From: Pseudomonadota bacterium
Lineage (GTDB): Bacteria > Pseudomonadota > Alphaproteobacteria > Caulobacterales > Hyphomonadaceae
DNA length: 31,093 nt
NCBI GenBank assembly: GCA_038534535.1
Contig: JBCAWP010000001.1
Coordinates: forward strand, 1 to 31,093
Reading direction: 5' to 3'
The translations under genes and the position numbers were made by a program. Below are positions 7,741 to 17,104 of this stretch, piece after piece (within the stretch, counting starts at the first letter, position 1; every line of letters begins with the position of its first letter). Below the pieces are notes generated by a model, which saw only the letters and a list, made by a program, of their open reading frames with translations, was not told where the DNA came from and made no database searches.

Positions 7741-8633
7741 GCCCGCCGCGGCTTCCTTTGTGACAGGAGGACGCCCGCGATAATCAAAGCAGCCCCCAAG
7801 ACCTGTATCGCCAGTAGAGCCTCGTCAAATATAACCCAAGAGACAGCCGCGGCCGTAACAGGCTGGATCAGGACCAAAACGCCCGCAATCCCGGCCGGTG
7901 TCCGGCCCAATCCGGCAATGATCAGACCCTGCCCCATCAGCTGGACCACAATTGCAAGAAGCAACGGCGCCCGCCATCCCGCCGGATCATTGGGGATGAA
8001 AGTCTCGCCTGACACGAATGTGACGAGGCCACTCACAATGGCCTCCGTCACCGTGAGCCAGAACAGGACGTCAAGCGCGGATAAGTCTTCTCGGGCGAGC
8101 TTCGCACAAATCATATAGCCCGAAACCAAAATGGCTGCGCCGAAGGCGAGCGCATCGCCCCGTATATCCGTTTTACCCCCCTCCCCGCCGCCGAGTGTCA
8201 AAAGGGCAGCGCCGACGAGTGCAACCGCGATGGCGAGGAACCAGAATTTGGTCGGGCGGTCTTTCAAGACAAACCACGCCACCAGCCCAACCATGATGTT
8301 CCCAAGGTTTACAATGAAGGTGGCGTTCGCGACCGTGGTCAGCGTCAGGCCCCAATGCCACAGGGCGATATCGAGGGCGAAGAATGTGCCCGCCATGATG
8401 ACATATCGATTGGGCAAAAAGGGCCGGCGACGATGGACGATACACAATACGGCCAAGATCATGGGCGTCGCGAAAATGTATCGCCAGAAAGCAATGGCTT
8501 GCGGTCCCATCGTATCGAGACCCAATCGAAGACCGATGGGTGCAAACCCAATGGCCATGGCGCCAGCCACTAAAAGCGCAGGGCCTTGCCAGGCGTTAAC
8601 CGGGCGCTCCGTTGCCTCGATAGCCGCACTCAA
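7728..8633 (-). CDS. EamA/DMT family transporter
   Basis: About 10 hydrophobic segments in two repeats (IAFWR, TTVANATF, GDALAF, LIQPV). The TTG start overlaps the gluQ stop (TTGA). Confidence 0.88.
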   Translation of the reverse strand: MSAAIEATERPVNAWQGPALLVAGAMAIGFAPIGLRLGLDTMGPQAIAFWRYIFATPMILAVLCIVHRRRPFLPNRYVIMAGTFFALDIALWHWGLTLTTVANATFIVNLGNIMVGLVAWFVLKDRPTKFWFLAIAVALVGAALLTLGGGEGGKTDIRGDALAFGAAILVSGYMICAKLAREDLSALDVLFWLTVTEAIVSGLVTFVSGETFIPNDPAGWRAPLLLAIVVQLMGQGLIIAGLGRTPAGIAGVLVLIQPVTAAAVSWVIFDEALLAIQVLGAALIIAGVLLSQRKPRRAKLS

Positions 8634-9478
8634 AGGGGGGCGCCTGTACGTTGGCGAATCTCGTCCGGGATGATCCCTGCCGCGCGCATTGAGCGAAGCG
8701 ATGTGGACTTGTCGCGTTTGGACAACCGTTTTCCATCCTCACCGGTCAGGAGCCGATGATGCCGATAAATCGGCGTCGGCCACCCCATAAGCGCCTGCAA
8801 GAGAACGTGAACAGATGTCGAGGCGAATAAGTCCTCGCCGCGAACAATGTGCGTGACACCCTGTAGGGTATCATCATGGCAAGATGACAAATGATATGAG
8901 GCCGGCGTGTCTTTTCGGGCGATCACAACGTCGCCAAACGCTTCAGGTTCAGCCCTGACGAAGCGGTGGCCGCCCTCCTCAAGCTCTTCAAAACCCAGAC
9001 GATCATAAGCGCTGCCCAATTCGTCTCGAGCCCTCGCAAGGGAAAGGCGCCAGGCGAAGGGATCGCCCGCCTCGACGCGTGCGGCCTCTTCGTCTTCCCC
9101 TAGAGGAGTCCCAAAAAATGCTTCTGGTGATCCGTGTGGCGCGCGGGCGACGTCTGCCATGACTTCTTTGCGCGTACGAAAACACCGATAAATCAGACCA
9201 CGCTCGCCCAGGCTTCCAAAGACGCGTGCATAGTCATCGAAATGGTCCGATTGTCGGCGTACGGGCTCAGGCCATTTGAGGCCAAGCCACGACAGGTCGG
9301 CGAGGATACCCGCTTCAAATTCTGGCCGGCATCGCGTCTGATCGACATCTTCTATCCTCAAGACGACCTCGGCATCATTCGATGCGGCGAAATCCCAGAC
9401 GGTGAAGGCTGATGCAGCATGCCCCAGATGCAAGAAGCCCGTCGGCGATGGGGCAAATCGTGTCCGAAGTCTTTTCAT
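8630..9478 (-). CDS. gluQ: tRNA glutamyl-Q(34) synthetase GluQRS
   Basis: RTRFAPSPTGFLHLGH, LRIEDVD, HIVRGEDL and KRLSKR; 282 aa with no anticodon-binding domain. Confidence 0.9.
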   Translation of the reverse strand: MKRLRTRFAPSPTGFLHLGHAASAFTVWDFAASNDAEVVLRIEDVDQTRCRPEFEAGILADLSWLGLKWPEPVRRQSDHFDDYARVFGSLGERGLIYRCFRTRKEVMADVARAPHGSPEAFFGTPLGEDEEAARVEAGDPFAWRLSLARARDELGSAYDRLGFEELEEGGHRFVRAEPEAFGDVVIARKDTPASYHLSSCHDDTLQGVTHIVRGEDLFASTSVHVLLQALMGWPTPIYRHHRLLTGEDGKRLSKRDKSTSLRSMRAAGIIPDEIRQRTGAPL

Positions 9479-9512
9479 CGCACCCGATTAGCGCGGCGTT
9501 TGCCCCCATGTC

Positions 9513-9541
9513 ACTGAAAACGTGCGCGGCGCGGCCTATGT
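9513..9541 (+). promoter_or_regulatory. Possible sigma32-type promoter of the ABC1-CPBP pair
   Basis: ACTGAA-N16-CCTATGT compared with the recalled consensus CTTGAA-N15/16-CCTATAT; the -35 is imperfect. Confidence 0.22.
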
Positions 9542-9566
9542 CTGCTAAGCAACCCCAATAATCTCC

Positions 9567-10931
9567 ATGTGGACGTCCATGTCTGAACCCTTCGATCCCG
9601 AACGAAATCGCCTCTCCGGCCGGCTGACACGAACAGCGCGTGTCGGGGCAAACCTGTCCGGTGCAGCGCTCTCAATCGGCGCCAGTCGGCTGTTTGGTGG
9701 TGACAGCGGCGATGAACAGGCCGCCCGGGCCCTAGCCGAAGCGCTTGGAAAAACCAAGGGACCGCTCATGAAGGTCGCCCAGATGCTGTCCACCATCCCT
9801 GACTTTCTGCCGCCAGAATACGCCGCTGAGCTGACCCAATTACAGGCCCAGGCACCGGCCATGGGTTGGCCATTTGTCAAACGCCGTATGCGCGCAGAAC
9901 TCGGCGCGGACTGGCAAGAGAAGTTCACCGAGTTCGGCCGCGACGCGGCCCATGCCGCCTCCCTTGGGCAAGTCCATAAGGCGACCCTCGCAACCGGCGA
10001 GCAAGTCGCGTGTAAGCTCCAATACCCTGAAATGTCGAGCGCGGTCGAAAGTGATGTCGGCCAGCTGAAAACCCTGCTCGGCGTCTTCAAACGCCTTGAC
10101 GGCTCCATCGATCCGACGGCGATGGTGGACGAGATCTCAGACCGCCTCCGGGAAGAGCTCGACTATGAGCGGGAAGCCAAGGCCATGCGCCTTTACGGTA
10201 TCATGCTCGCCGAGAAAGACTTCATCACCGTCCCAGCGCCCATGGCAGACGTATCCACCAGCCGGCTCCTCACCATGAGCTGGCTATCTGGGGATCCGCT
10301 GAACGCTTTCGAAGGCGCCCCGCAGGAGACCCGGAACCGTATCGCAGAGATGCTTTTCTGGACCTGGTGGGGGCCCATGAACGCCTATGGCGTGATACAT
10401 GGTGACCCCCACCTTGGAAATTATCAACTTGTCGACGGCGGCCAAGGCGTGAACCTCCTCGATTTCGGATGTATCAGAATATTCCCGGCATCCTTCGTCC
10501 AAGGGGTCGTCGACCTCTATAAGGCGATGCGTGCGGATGATTTCGATGCCGCCTATGCCGCCTATGAAACCTGGGGGTTTGAGAATCTCTCCCGCGACCT
10601 CGTGGAGGTCTTGAATGTCTGGGCCCGCTTCATCTATGGCCCCATCCTGGATGACCGGGTGCGGACGATTGCTGACGGCATCACCCCAGGCGAATATGGT
10701 CGCCGCGAAGCCTTTCAGGTGCGCAAGATGCTGAAGGAAAAAGGCCCGGTGAAAATCCCTCGCGAATTCGTCTTCATGGACCGCGCGGCCATCGGCCTCG
10801 GCGCGGCTTATCTTCGCCTCGGCGCTGAGCTCAACTTCCATAGGCTCTTCGAAGAGAGCCTTGAGGGCTTTAGCGAGGCTTCCGTGGCCAGCCGCCAGGC
10901 CACGGCCCTCGCCAAGGTCGGCCTCAATTGA
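9567..10931 (+). CDS. AarF/ABC1/UbiB family atypical kinase (alternative start 9579)
   Basis: KVAQ (KxGQ-like), AASLGQVH, VACKLQYP, ELDYEREA, HGDPHLGN, LLDFG. Confidence 0.9.
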   Translation: MWTSMSEPFDPERNRLSGRLTRTARVGANLSGAALSIGASRLFGGDSGDEQAARALAEALGKTKGPLMKVAQMLSTIPDFLPPEYAAELTQLQAQAPAMGWPFVKRRMRAELGADWQEKFTEFGRDAAHAASLGQVHKATLATGEQVACKLQYPEMSSAVESDVGQLKTLLGVFKRLDGSIDPTAMVDEISDRLREELDYEREAKAMRLYGIMLAEKDFITVPAPMADVSTSRLLTMSWLSGDPLNAFEGAPQETRNRIAEMLFWTWWGPMNAYGVIHGDPHLGNYQLVDGGQGVNLLDFGCIRIFPASFVQGVVDLYKAMRADDFDAAYAAYETWGFENLSRDLVEVLNVWARFIYGPILDDRVRTIADGITPGEYGRREAFQVRKMLKEKGPVKIPREFVFMDRAAIGLGAAYLRLGAELNFHRLFEESLEGFSEASVASRQATALAKVGLN

Positions 10932-11650
10932 CGGCCACCTCAATCGAGGGCCAGCTCGCGCCCCACCCCCTGCATGCCCTGTATTGGAGCGTCATCGCCC
11001 CGCTCCTTTATGCCCAGATCATTTTCCTCGTCCTGATCACAATCGTGCCGGGCCTCGCCGAGACATTTTCCGGCTCGACGACGAGTGACTACACCGTCCA
11101 ATGGCGCCTGTTGACGCTCGTTCAAGCCGTCGTGCTCATGCGGATCATGCGCTGGTCGGCCTTCACGACAGGCACTCCATTTGCAGGAAACCTCGATACA
11201 ACATCCAATTGGCTCGGCGCGAGCGCCCTTGTGGGTCCGGCCGTTCTGATCGGATCAGGCGTTTTGATCGGCTCACTTTTCGGTGGAGGCGACGCCAATT
11301 GGGCCTACCGCGAAGATATCGACAGAGGCTTCTTCAGCCAATCATCCATTAGCCTATCCATGATCATGTATGTCGTGGTCGTGGCGCCGCTCGTCGAAGA
11401 GATCGGCTTCCGCGGCATCGCCATTGGCTGCCTGATCGGACGCGGCATCGATCCGCGCCTCGCCGTCCTTATCACAACCGCCGGCTTCACCGCCCTCCAT
11501 GTGCAATACTCGCCGCTTGGCCTGGCCTCGGTCTTCCTGTCCGGCCTGGTCCTCGGCTGGCTCCGCATTGCGAGTGGATCGATGTCCGCCCCGATTGTCG
11601 CGCACATGTCCGCAAATGCTGTCTCAGTCTGGTTCCTCGCCGCGAGCTAA
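10928..11650 (+). CDS. CPBP (CAAX/Abi-type) intramembrane glutamic endopeptidase
   Basis: Multi-TM; EEIGFRG (EExxxR), FTALH (FxxxH), HMSAN (HxxxN). The TTG start overlaps the upstream TGA. Confidence 0.85.
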   Translation: MTATSIEGQLAPHPLHALYWSVIAPLLYAQIIFLVLITIVPGLAETFSGSTTSDYTVQWRLLTLVQAVVLMRIMRWSAFTTGTPFAGNLDTTSNWLGASALVGPAVLIGSGVLIGSLFGGGDANWAYREDIDRGFFSQSSISLSMIMYVVVVAPLVEEIGFRGIAIGCLIGRGIDPRLAVLITTAGFTALHVQYSPLGLASVFLSGLVLGWLRIASGSMSAPIVAHMSANAVSVWFLAAS

Positions 11651-12139
11651 CGGAACCGTTGGGTCATCTGGCGCAACAGGCGACCCATCTCGGCGCGTAA
11701 ATGACCGCCCCGGATTCTTATAGCGTCCCGGATGGGCCACCATATCTATGTCTGGGTACCGGCACCCATCCTCGTCTGACCGCGTGCCGATGGTGAGCAA
11801 CAGCGCATCATCCGGGCCATCATTCTGGAAATGATGCCCGTTTTCGTCCCCAGCCGGGAAAGCCGCACAATCCCCCGGACCCATTTGGACGGCGCCCTCA
11901 TCTGTCACGAGTGTTGCTTGCCCCTCCAGAACCCAGACGAATTCGTCTTCATGCGTGTGCCAGTGCCGCTGGCCAGACCAAACACCCGGTTTCAGACGCA
12001 CGAGATTGACGCCGAACTGCGATAGACCACCCGCCAATCCGAGAAACTGATATTCCCTGGCGCGGCAGGGCGCATCATGGGGCGGCGGATACCCAGTGCC
12101 CGTAATCACCGGCACGGCGGATGGATCGATCTTCGGCAT
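11624..12139 (-). CDS. Cupin domain protein
   Basis: FGVNLVRLKPG, QRHWHTHEDEFVWVLEG, GHHFQN, YPDID; AGGAG-like RBS. Confidence 0.85.
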   Translation of the reverse strand: MPKIDPSAVPVITGTGYPPPHDAPCRAREYQFLGLAGGLSQFGVNLVRLKPGVWSGQRHWHTHEDEFVWVLEGQATLVTDEGAVQMGPGDCAAFPAGDENGHHFQNDGPDDALLLTIGTRSDEDGCRYPDIDMVAHPGRYKNPGRSFTRRDGSPVAPDDPTVPLARGEEPD

Positions 12140-12156
12140 GGCTCAAGGCTCCTCGG

Positions 12157-12924
12157 TTAAGGGTCAGGGTAATCAACGCCAACAAGATAAAGGCCATCTG
12201 CCGGCGCAACGGGCCCGCAGGCTGCGCGGTCACGTTTGGCGAGTATAGCACCGATCCAATCCGGCGAGCGGACCCCCCGCCCCACCTCAACGAGTGAGCC
12301 CACCATGGACCGCACCTGCCGGTGTAAGAATGATCGGGCCGAACAGTGGATGACAATTTGCGCGCCGAGGCGCTGGACCGTCAAAGTATCGAGCGTCTTT
12401 TCGGGACTGGCTGCCTGGCACTGCGCATCGCGAAAGGTCGAAAAATCATGCTCGCCAATCAGATCTTCCGCGCCGGCTGCCATCGCCCCAGCATCCAATT
12501 CTGTCGCAACACGCCAAGCAAGCCCGCGCGAAAGCGCCAGATCCGCGCGGCGATTGACGATGTCATAGCGATAATAACGCGCCGTCGCTGAAAAACGGGC
12601 GTGGAACGTATCCGATACTGGATGCGCTGACAGCACACAAATCGGGTGTGGCCGGAGATGGTAGTTCAGAGCATCGGCAATCTTCCGGCCAGGAATATCG
12701 GCGCGTAGGTCAAGGTGCGCCGCCTGCCGCTCGGCATGGACGCCGGCATCAGTCCGGCCGGCACCGAAGACCGTCACCGGTGCGCCATTCAAGGCCGCCG
12801 CCGCGGTCTCAAGGCAGCCCTGAACTGTGGGGGCGTGGTCCTGTCTCTGCCAACCGGCAAACGGACCGCCATGATACTCAACCCAAATGAGATATCGCTG
12901 AAGGGGCGGCTTGTCAGACATCAA
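12157..12924 (-). CDS. truA: tRNA pseudouridine(38-40) synthase
   Basis: EYHGGPFAGWQRQ, GAGRTDAGVHA, SFLHRQVRSMVG, APADGLYL. Confidence 0.95.
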   Translation of the reverse strand: MMSDKPPLQRYLIWVEYHGGPFAGWQRQDHAPTVQGCLETAAAALNGAPVTVFGAGRTDAGVHAERQAAHLDLRADIPGRKIADALNYHLRPHPICVLSAHPVSDTFHARFSATARYYRYDIVNRRADLALSRGLAWRVATELDAGAMAAGAEDLIGEHDFSTFRDAQCQAASPEKTLDTLTVQRLGAQIVIHCSARSFLHRQVRSMVGSLVEVGRGVRSPDWIGAILAKRDRAACGPVAPADGLYLVGVDYPDP

Positions 12925-13856
12925 GTCAGGGTCGTTCCAGCGGGGATCTGTGTTCCACGCAGAAAATCGCCCGCCTCCACGGGCCCCCTCCCGGCCCGCT
13001 GAAGCCGTAGTATGCGGATCGCACCGTCGCCGCAGGCGATCGTCAATTGATCATCGAGCACAGTCCCAGCGGTGCCCTGCCCATCGGCAACCTCGCTCAT
13101 CAAGAGCTTTAAGCGTTCTTCAGGAAGCACCGCCTCTGGCCTCCAATGGCAATAGGCGCCGGGCGCGGGCGCCAATCCTCTGATCTGCGCATCGATTTCC
13201 GCGGCTGGCCGCGTCCAGTCGATCACCTGGTCTTCTGGTGTCAGTTTCGCCGCGTAGGTCATCCCTTCGTCTGCCTGAGCCTCGGGCGTCAGCCGACCGG
13301 CTGATAAATCCGCCAGGACCTCAGGAATGAGCTCGGCCCCCAGCGCGGCCAAGCGATCATGGAGGGAGCCAGCCGTGTCGTCCGGCTTGATATCGGTTTC
13401 GCGCGTCGCAAGAACGGGTCCTGTGTCCAGGCCGGCTTCCATGACCATGGCCTGGACACCGGTCTTGGTATCGCCCGCCATTATCGCCCTTTGGATTGGC
13501 GCCGCGCCGCGCCACCGGGGCAGCAAGGAGGCGTGAAGGTTTATGCAGCCATGCGTTGGCGCATCCAGGATAGGTTGCGGCAGGATCAGCCCATAGGCCA
13601 CAACAATCGCGAGGTCCGCGTCGAGCGCCGCAAACTCAGCCTGCTCCGGTGCCTTTTTAAGGGACTTAGGGGTCCGAACGGTCAGACCGGCCCCTTCGGC
13701 GAGCTCATGGACCGGCGTTTGGCGCAATTTTCGCCCCCGGCCAGAAGGTCGGGGCGGCTGGGAATAGACGCATGCGATATCATGGGTGCCATCCGCGATG
13801 AGCCGCGACAGGACTGTTGCCGCGAAACCGGGCGACCCCATAAAAACGAGCCGCAT
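12921..13856 (-). CDS. fmt: Methionyl-tRNA formyltransferase
   Basis: [43 protein letters not shown]. Confidence 0.96.
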   Translation of the reverse strand: MRLVFMGSPGFAATVLSRLIADGTHDIACVYSQPPRPSGRGRKLRQTPVHELAEGAGLTVRTPKSLKKAPEQAEFAALDADLAIVVAYGLILPQPILDAPTHGCINLHASLLPRWRGAAPIQRAIMAGDTKTGVQAMVMEAGLDTGPVLATRETDIKPDDTAGSLHDRLAALGAELIPEVLADLSAGRLTPEAQADEGMTYAAKLTPEDQVIDWTRPAAEIDAQIRGLAPAPGAYCHWRPEAVLPEERLKLLMSEVADGQGTAGTVLDDQLTIACGDGAIRILRLQRAGRGPVEAGDFLRGTQIPAGTTLT

Positions 13857-14371
13857 CAGGCGGCCTGCTGTCGTTTCGCTTTCTTCACCTTGTCGATGGC
13901 GCGTTGACGCTTCAGTCGAGACAAGTGGTCGATGAACAGCGTGCCTTCCAAGTGATCCATTTCATGCTGGATGCACACGGCATAGAGCCCTTCGGCCCAT
14001 TCCTCGACTGGATTTCCGTCGTAATCGAGATACCGAAGGCGGCAACGTACGGACCGTTCGACCTCATCGAAAATGTCTGGCACCGATAAGCAGCCCTCTT
14101 CATAGGGCTTTGTCTCATCCACGGTTTCAAGAATTTCGGGGTTCACGAAATAGCGGGGATGGGGCGTCTCATCCTCGCTCAGATCCATGACGATGATCCG
14201 GAGCGGCACGCCGACTTGGATTGCAGCCAGTCCAATGCCTGGCGCATCGTACATGGTCTCCAGCATATCATCCATCAGTGCGCGGTGCTCGTCCGTCACG
14301 CCACCTTCCACAGGCTTAGAGACAGTTTTCAGCCGCGGATCCGGCACGGTGAGAATTTCGCGTTTAGCCAT
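13856..14371 (-). CDS. def: Peptide deformylase
   Basis: [22 protein letters not shown]. Confidence 0.97.
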   Translation of the reverse strand: MAKREILTVPDPRLKTVSKPVEGGVTDEHRALMDDMLETMYDAPGIGLAAIQVGVPLRIIVMDLSEDETPHPRYFVNPEILETVDETKPYEEGCLSVPDIFDEVERSVRCRLRYLDYDGNPVEEWAEGLYAVCIQHEMDHLEGTLFIDHLSRLKRQRAIDKVKKAKRQQAA

Positions 14372-14428
14372 GGCGGCAAAATAAGCCTGCCGTGTTGAAA
14401 CTTCAATGTATTTGGGCCGCGGTCCGCA

Positions 14429-15766
14429 TCAGGCGGCGTCGCTATCGAAATCGAGCTCCAAAAACCTCGGTGACGTGTCCGCGCGGGCTTCGATTTTTGC
14501 TGGTTCACCCACAGACTTGTCTGGCGGAGCTATGGATAACTCCTCGAACCGCCGCATCGTCGGCAGGACGCGCTTATCCAGCGAAACACTCATCTTGTTG
14601 TAGTGGTCGACAGCCCCGTTGAGCGACTTGCCCAGTTTCTCAATGTGCCCCGCCAGGACCGCCATGCGTTCGTAGAGTTGCTCGCCAAGTTTCGCCGCCT
14701 CTCGGGCGTTCTCGGTCATCTTCTCCTGGCGCCAGACATAGGCCACCGTCTTTGCAAGGCCGATCAGGGTTGAGGGCGTCGTCACAATCACATTCCGGGC
14801 GTAGGCACGGTCCAATAGGTCCGGGGCATATTCGAGCGCGGCGGCGAAAAAGTTCTCGCCTGGGATGAACATGGCAACAAAGTCCACCCGCGCATCGAGG
14901 TTCGACTGATAGCGTTTTGAGGCGAGGGTATCGATGTGTCGCTTTACGCTGTCAGCATGGGACTTCAGGTGAGCACGCCGCGTTTCGGGGTCGTCTACCG
15001 AGGAGGCTGCCAAATAGGCGTCGAGAGAAACTTTTGAATCGACAACGATTTGGCGCTCGCCCGGCAAGTGGATAACGGCATCCGGTCTCTGGCGCCCCTC
15101 TTCGGTCTGATCATTGACTTGTTCATTGAAATCGCAATGGCCCGACAGCCCGGCCTGCTCCATCACATTGCGAAGTGTCATCTCCCCCCATCGACCCCCA
15201 CCTTTCGGTGCCGTGAGGGCATTCACGAGCTTGCCAGTCTCGGTCGTGTTCCGATGGAGACTTTCGCCGATGGCTTTCACCTGGGCCTGGATCGCTGATT
15301 TGTCCTCGGCGCGCACCTTCTCGATTGCCTCGACCCGTTTGCGGAAATCTTCAAAATTCTTTCCGATCGGCTGCATCATGGCCTTCAATTGGCCTTCGGC
15401 ACCGGTCTTGTGCTTTTCAAATGTCTCGTTCGCTAGCTGCAGAAACTGGGCGTTTGCTTGGCGCAGAACACCCTGGGCTAGATCGGCAAATCGTTTGTCT
15501 TCTTCCTCGCTTCGCGCTTCAGCCCGTGCGAGATCTAGCTTTGCTATTTCGGCCGCCTGCCTTTGGACTTCCAAGCGGTGCTCATATTTCTCGATCTCCG
15601 CTCGCGCCTCTTCGAGACCCAGCTGATCCCGCTCGAGTGTCTCGCGTGTGCGAAGCAGCTGGTCCCGAAGCCACGCCCCGCCCCCTAAGAGAGCGAGGAT
15701 CAAACCGATCAGAAATAAGTGGATGGCGTCGAGACCGACCGTCCCGATCTGAACAAGCGTTTCCAT
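14429..15766 (-). CDS. rmuC: DNA recombination protein RmuC
   Basis: N-terminal TM and coiled coil; GRWGEMTL, RPDAVIHLP, VDSKV, FVAMFIPGE, TPSTLI. Confidence 0.92.
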   Translation of the reverse strand: METLVQIGTVGLDAIHLFLIGLILALLGGGAWLRDQLLRTRETLERDQLGLEEARAEIEKYEHRLEVQRQAAEIAKLDLARAEARSEEEDKRFADLAQGVLRQANAQFLQLANETFEKHKTGAEGQLKAMMQPIGKNFEDFRKRVEAIEKVRAEDKSAIQAQVKAIGESLHRNTTETGKLVNALTAPKGGGRWGEMTLRNVMEQAGLSGHCDFNEQVNDQTEEGRQRPDAVIHLPGERQIVVDSKVSLDAYLAASSVDDPETRRAHLKSHADSVKRHIDTLASKRYQSNLDARVDFVAMFIPGENFFAAALEYAPDLLDRAYARNVIVTTPSTLIGLAKTVAYVWRQEKMTENAREAAKLGEQLYERMAVLAGHIEKLGKSLNGAVDHYNKMSVSLDKRVLPTMRRFEELSIAPPDKSVGEPAKIEARADTSPRFLELDFDSDAA

Positions 15767-15802
15767 GGTCGATCGCTACCCTGATTCTCAAAAATCAGGA
15801 AC

Positions 15803-15817
15803 GAACATAACAAGAAC
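15803..15817 (-). promoter_or_regulatory. LexA (SOS) box, alphaproteobacterial type GTTC-N7-GTTC, upstream of rmuC
   Basis: The minus strand reads GTTC-TTGTTAT-GTTC, between the ychF stop and the rmuC start. Confidence 0.8.
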
Positions 15818-15843
15818 ATATCGGCTTGTATAGGCTTCCCTGG

Positions 15844-16941
15844 CTATACGTTAAAGCGGAAATGAAGAACGTCCCCATCCTTCACGACATAGTCCCGGCC
15901 CTCAGCCCGCATCTTGCCCGCTTCTTTTGCGCCCTGTTCGCCTTTGCAGGCCACGTAATCATCATAGGCAATTGTCTCAGCGCGGATAAATCCTTTTTCG
16001 AAGTCCCCGTGAATAACACCAGCCGCCTGCGGCGCCGTCCAACCCTTTTGAATGGTCCAGGCGCGCGACTCCTTCGGGCCCGCCGTGAAATAGGTTTGGA
16101 GGCCCAAGAGATCGTATCCCGCATGAATAAGACGGGAGAGCCCCGGCTCCTCTAGACCAAGCGAGTCCAGGAATTCCGCCTGTTCTTCATCATCCAGTTG
16201 GGCAAGCTCCGCTTCTATCTGCGCCGAGATCACGACGCAGGCCGCCCCTTCTTCTTCAGCGCGCGCCACAACGCGCTCTGAGTAAGCGTTCCCCGACGCA
16301 GCTTCATCCTCACCCACATTAGCGATGAACAAAACGGGCTTCGCCGTCAGTAGCTGCAGCATACGCCAGGCCTTCAGATCGTCGTCTCCGACCTCGGCGC
16401 GCCGCGCCGGCTGGCCGGCATTAAGCTGTTCCAAGGCCAACTCCAGCAAGGCGATCTGGGATTTGGCTTCTTTGTCACCGGAGTTTGCCTTTTTGACCAA
16501 ATTGGCCCGGCGTTTTTCGAGACTCTCCAGGTCGGCCAGCATCAGCTCCGTTTCGACCGTTTCAAGGTCAGCTATCGGATCGATCCGGCCGCTCACATGG
16601 GTGATGTCATCATCTTCGAAACAGCGCAGCACATAAACAATCGCATCCGTCTCGCGGATATTGGCCAGAAACTGGTTCCCAAGCCCCTCCCCCTTGGAAG
16701 CGCCCTCTACGAGGCCCGCAATGTCCACGAAGTTCATCCGGGCGGGTATGACCTCTTTGGATGCGGCGATCTCTGCCAGCGCTTTCAGCCGAGGCTCAGG
16801 AACAGCAACTTCACCGACATTGGGCTCAATTGTGCAGAAGGGATAATTCGCTGCCTGGGCGGCCGCGGTTCTCGTCAATGCGTTGAACAGGGTCGACTTA
16901 CCGACGTTTGGCAAGCCCACAATTCCGCACTTGAAACCCAT
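15844..16941 (-). CDS. ychF: Redox-regulated ATPase YchF
   Basis: [42 protein letters not shown], and a TGS domain ending VLHFRFNV. Confidence 0.97.
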   Translation of the reverse strand: MGFKCGIVGLPNVGKSTLFNALTRTAAAQAANYPFCTIEPNVGEVAVPEPRLKALAEIAASKEVIPARMNFVDIAGLVEGASKGEGLGNQFLANIRETDAIVYVLRCFEDDDITHVSGRIDPIADLETVETELMLADLESLEKRRANLVKKANSGDKEAKSQIALLELALEQLNAGQPARRAEVGDDDLKAWRMLQLLTAKPVLFIANVGEDEAASGNAYSERVVARAEEEGAACVVISAQIEAELAQLDDEEQAEFLDSLGLEEPGLSRLIHAGYDLLGLQTYFTAGPKESRAWTIQKGWTAPQAAGVIHGDFEKGFIRAETIAYDDYVACKGEQGAKEAGKMRAEGRDYVVKDGDVLHFRFNV

Positions 16942-17104
16942 TCTTCCGCTCCTTTGACGCGTTCGAAGGCCACGCTCATATAGGATTCACCAGCGAAGAA
17001 CAGGTGGGAAATGTCGCCTTTTGGCGGAATCGACTTCTCGTGCGCAGACGAGACGTTAAGCTAATGGCGCTTATAAGCGACAAGCTGTGCAGGGAATGTG
17101 CTCA

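Noticed and set aside
14378-14407. sigma32-like promoter before def (ATTGAA-N15-GCTTATT)
   Set aside because: The -10 match is too poor to support by eye.
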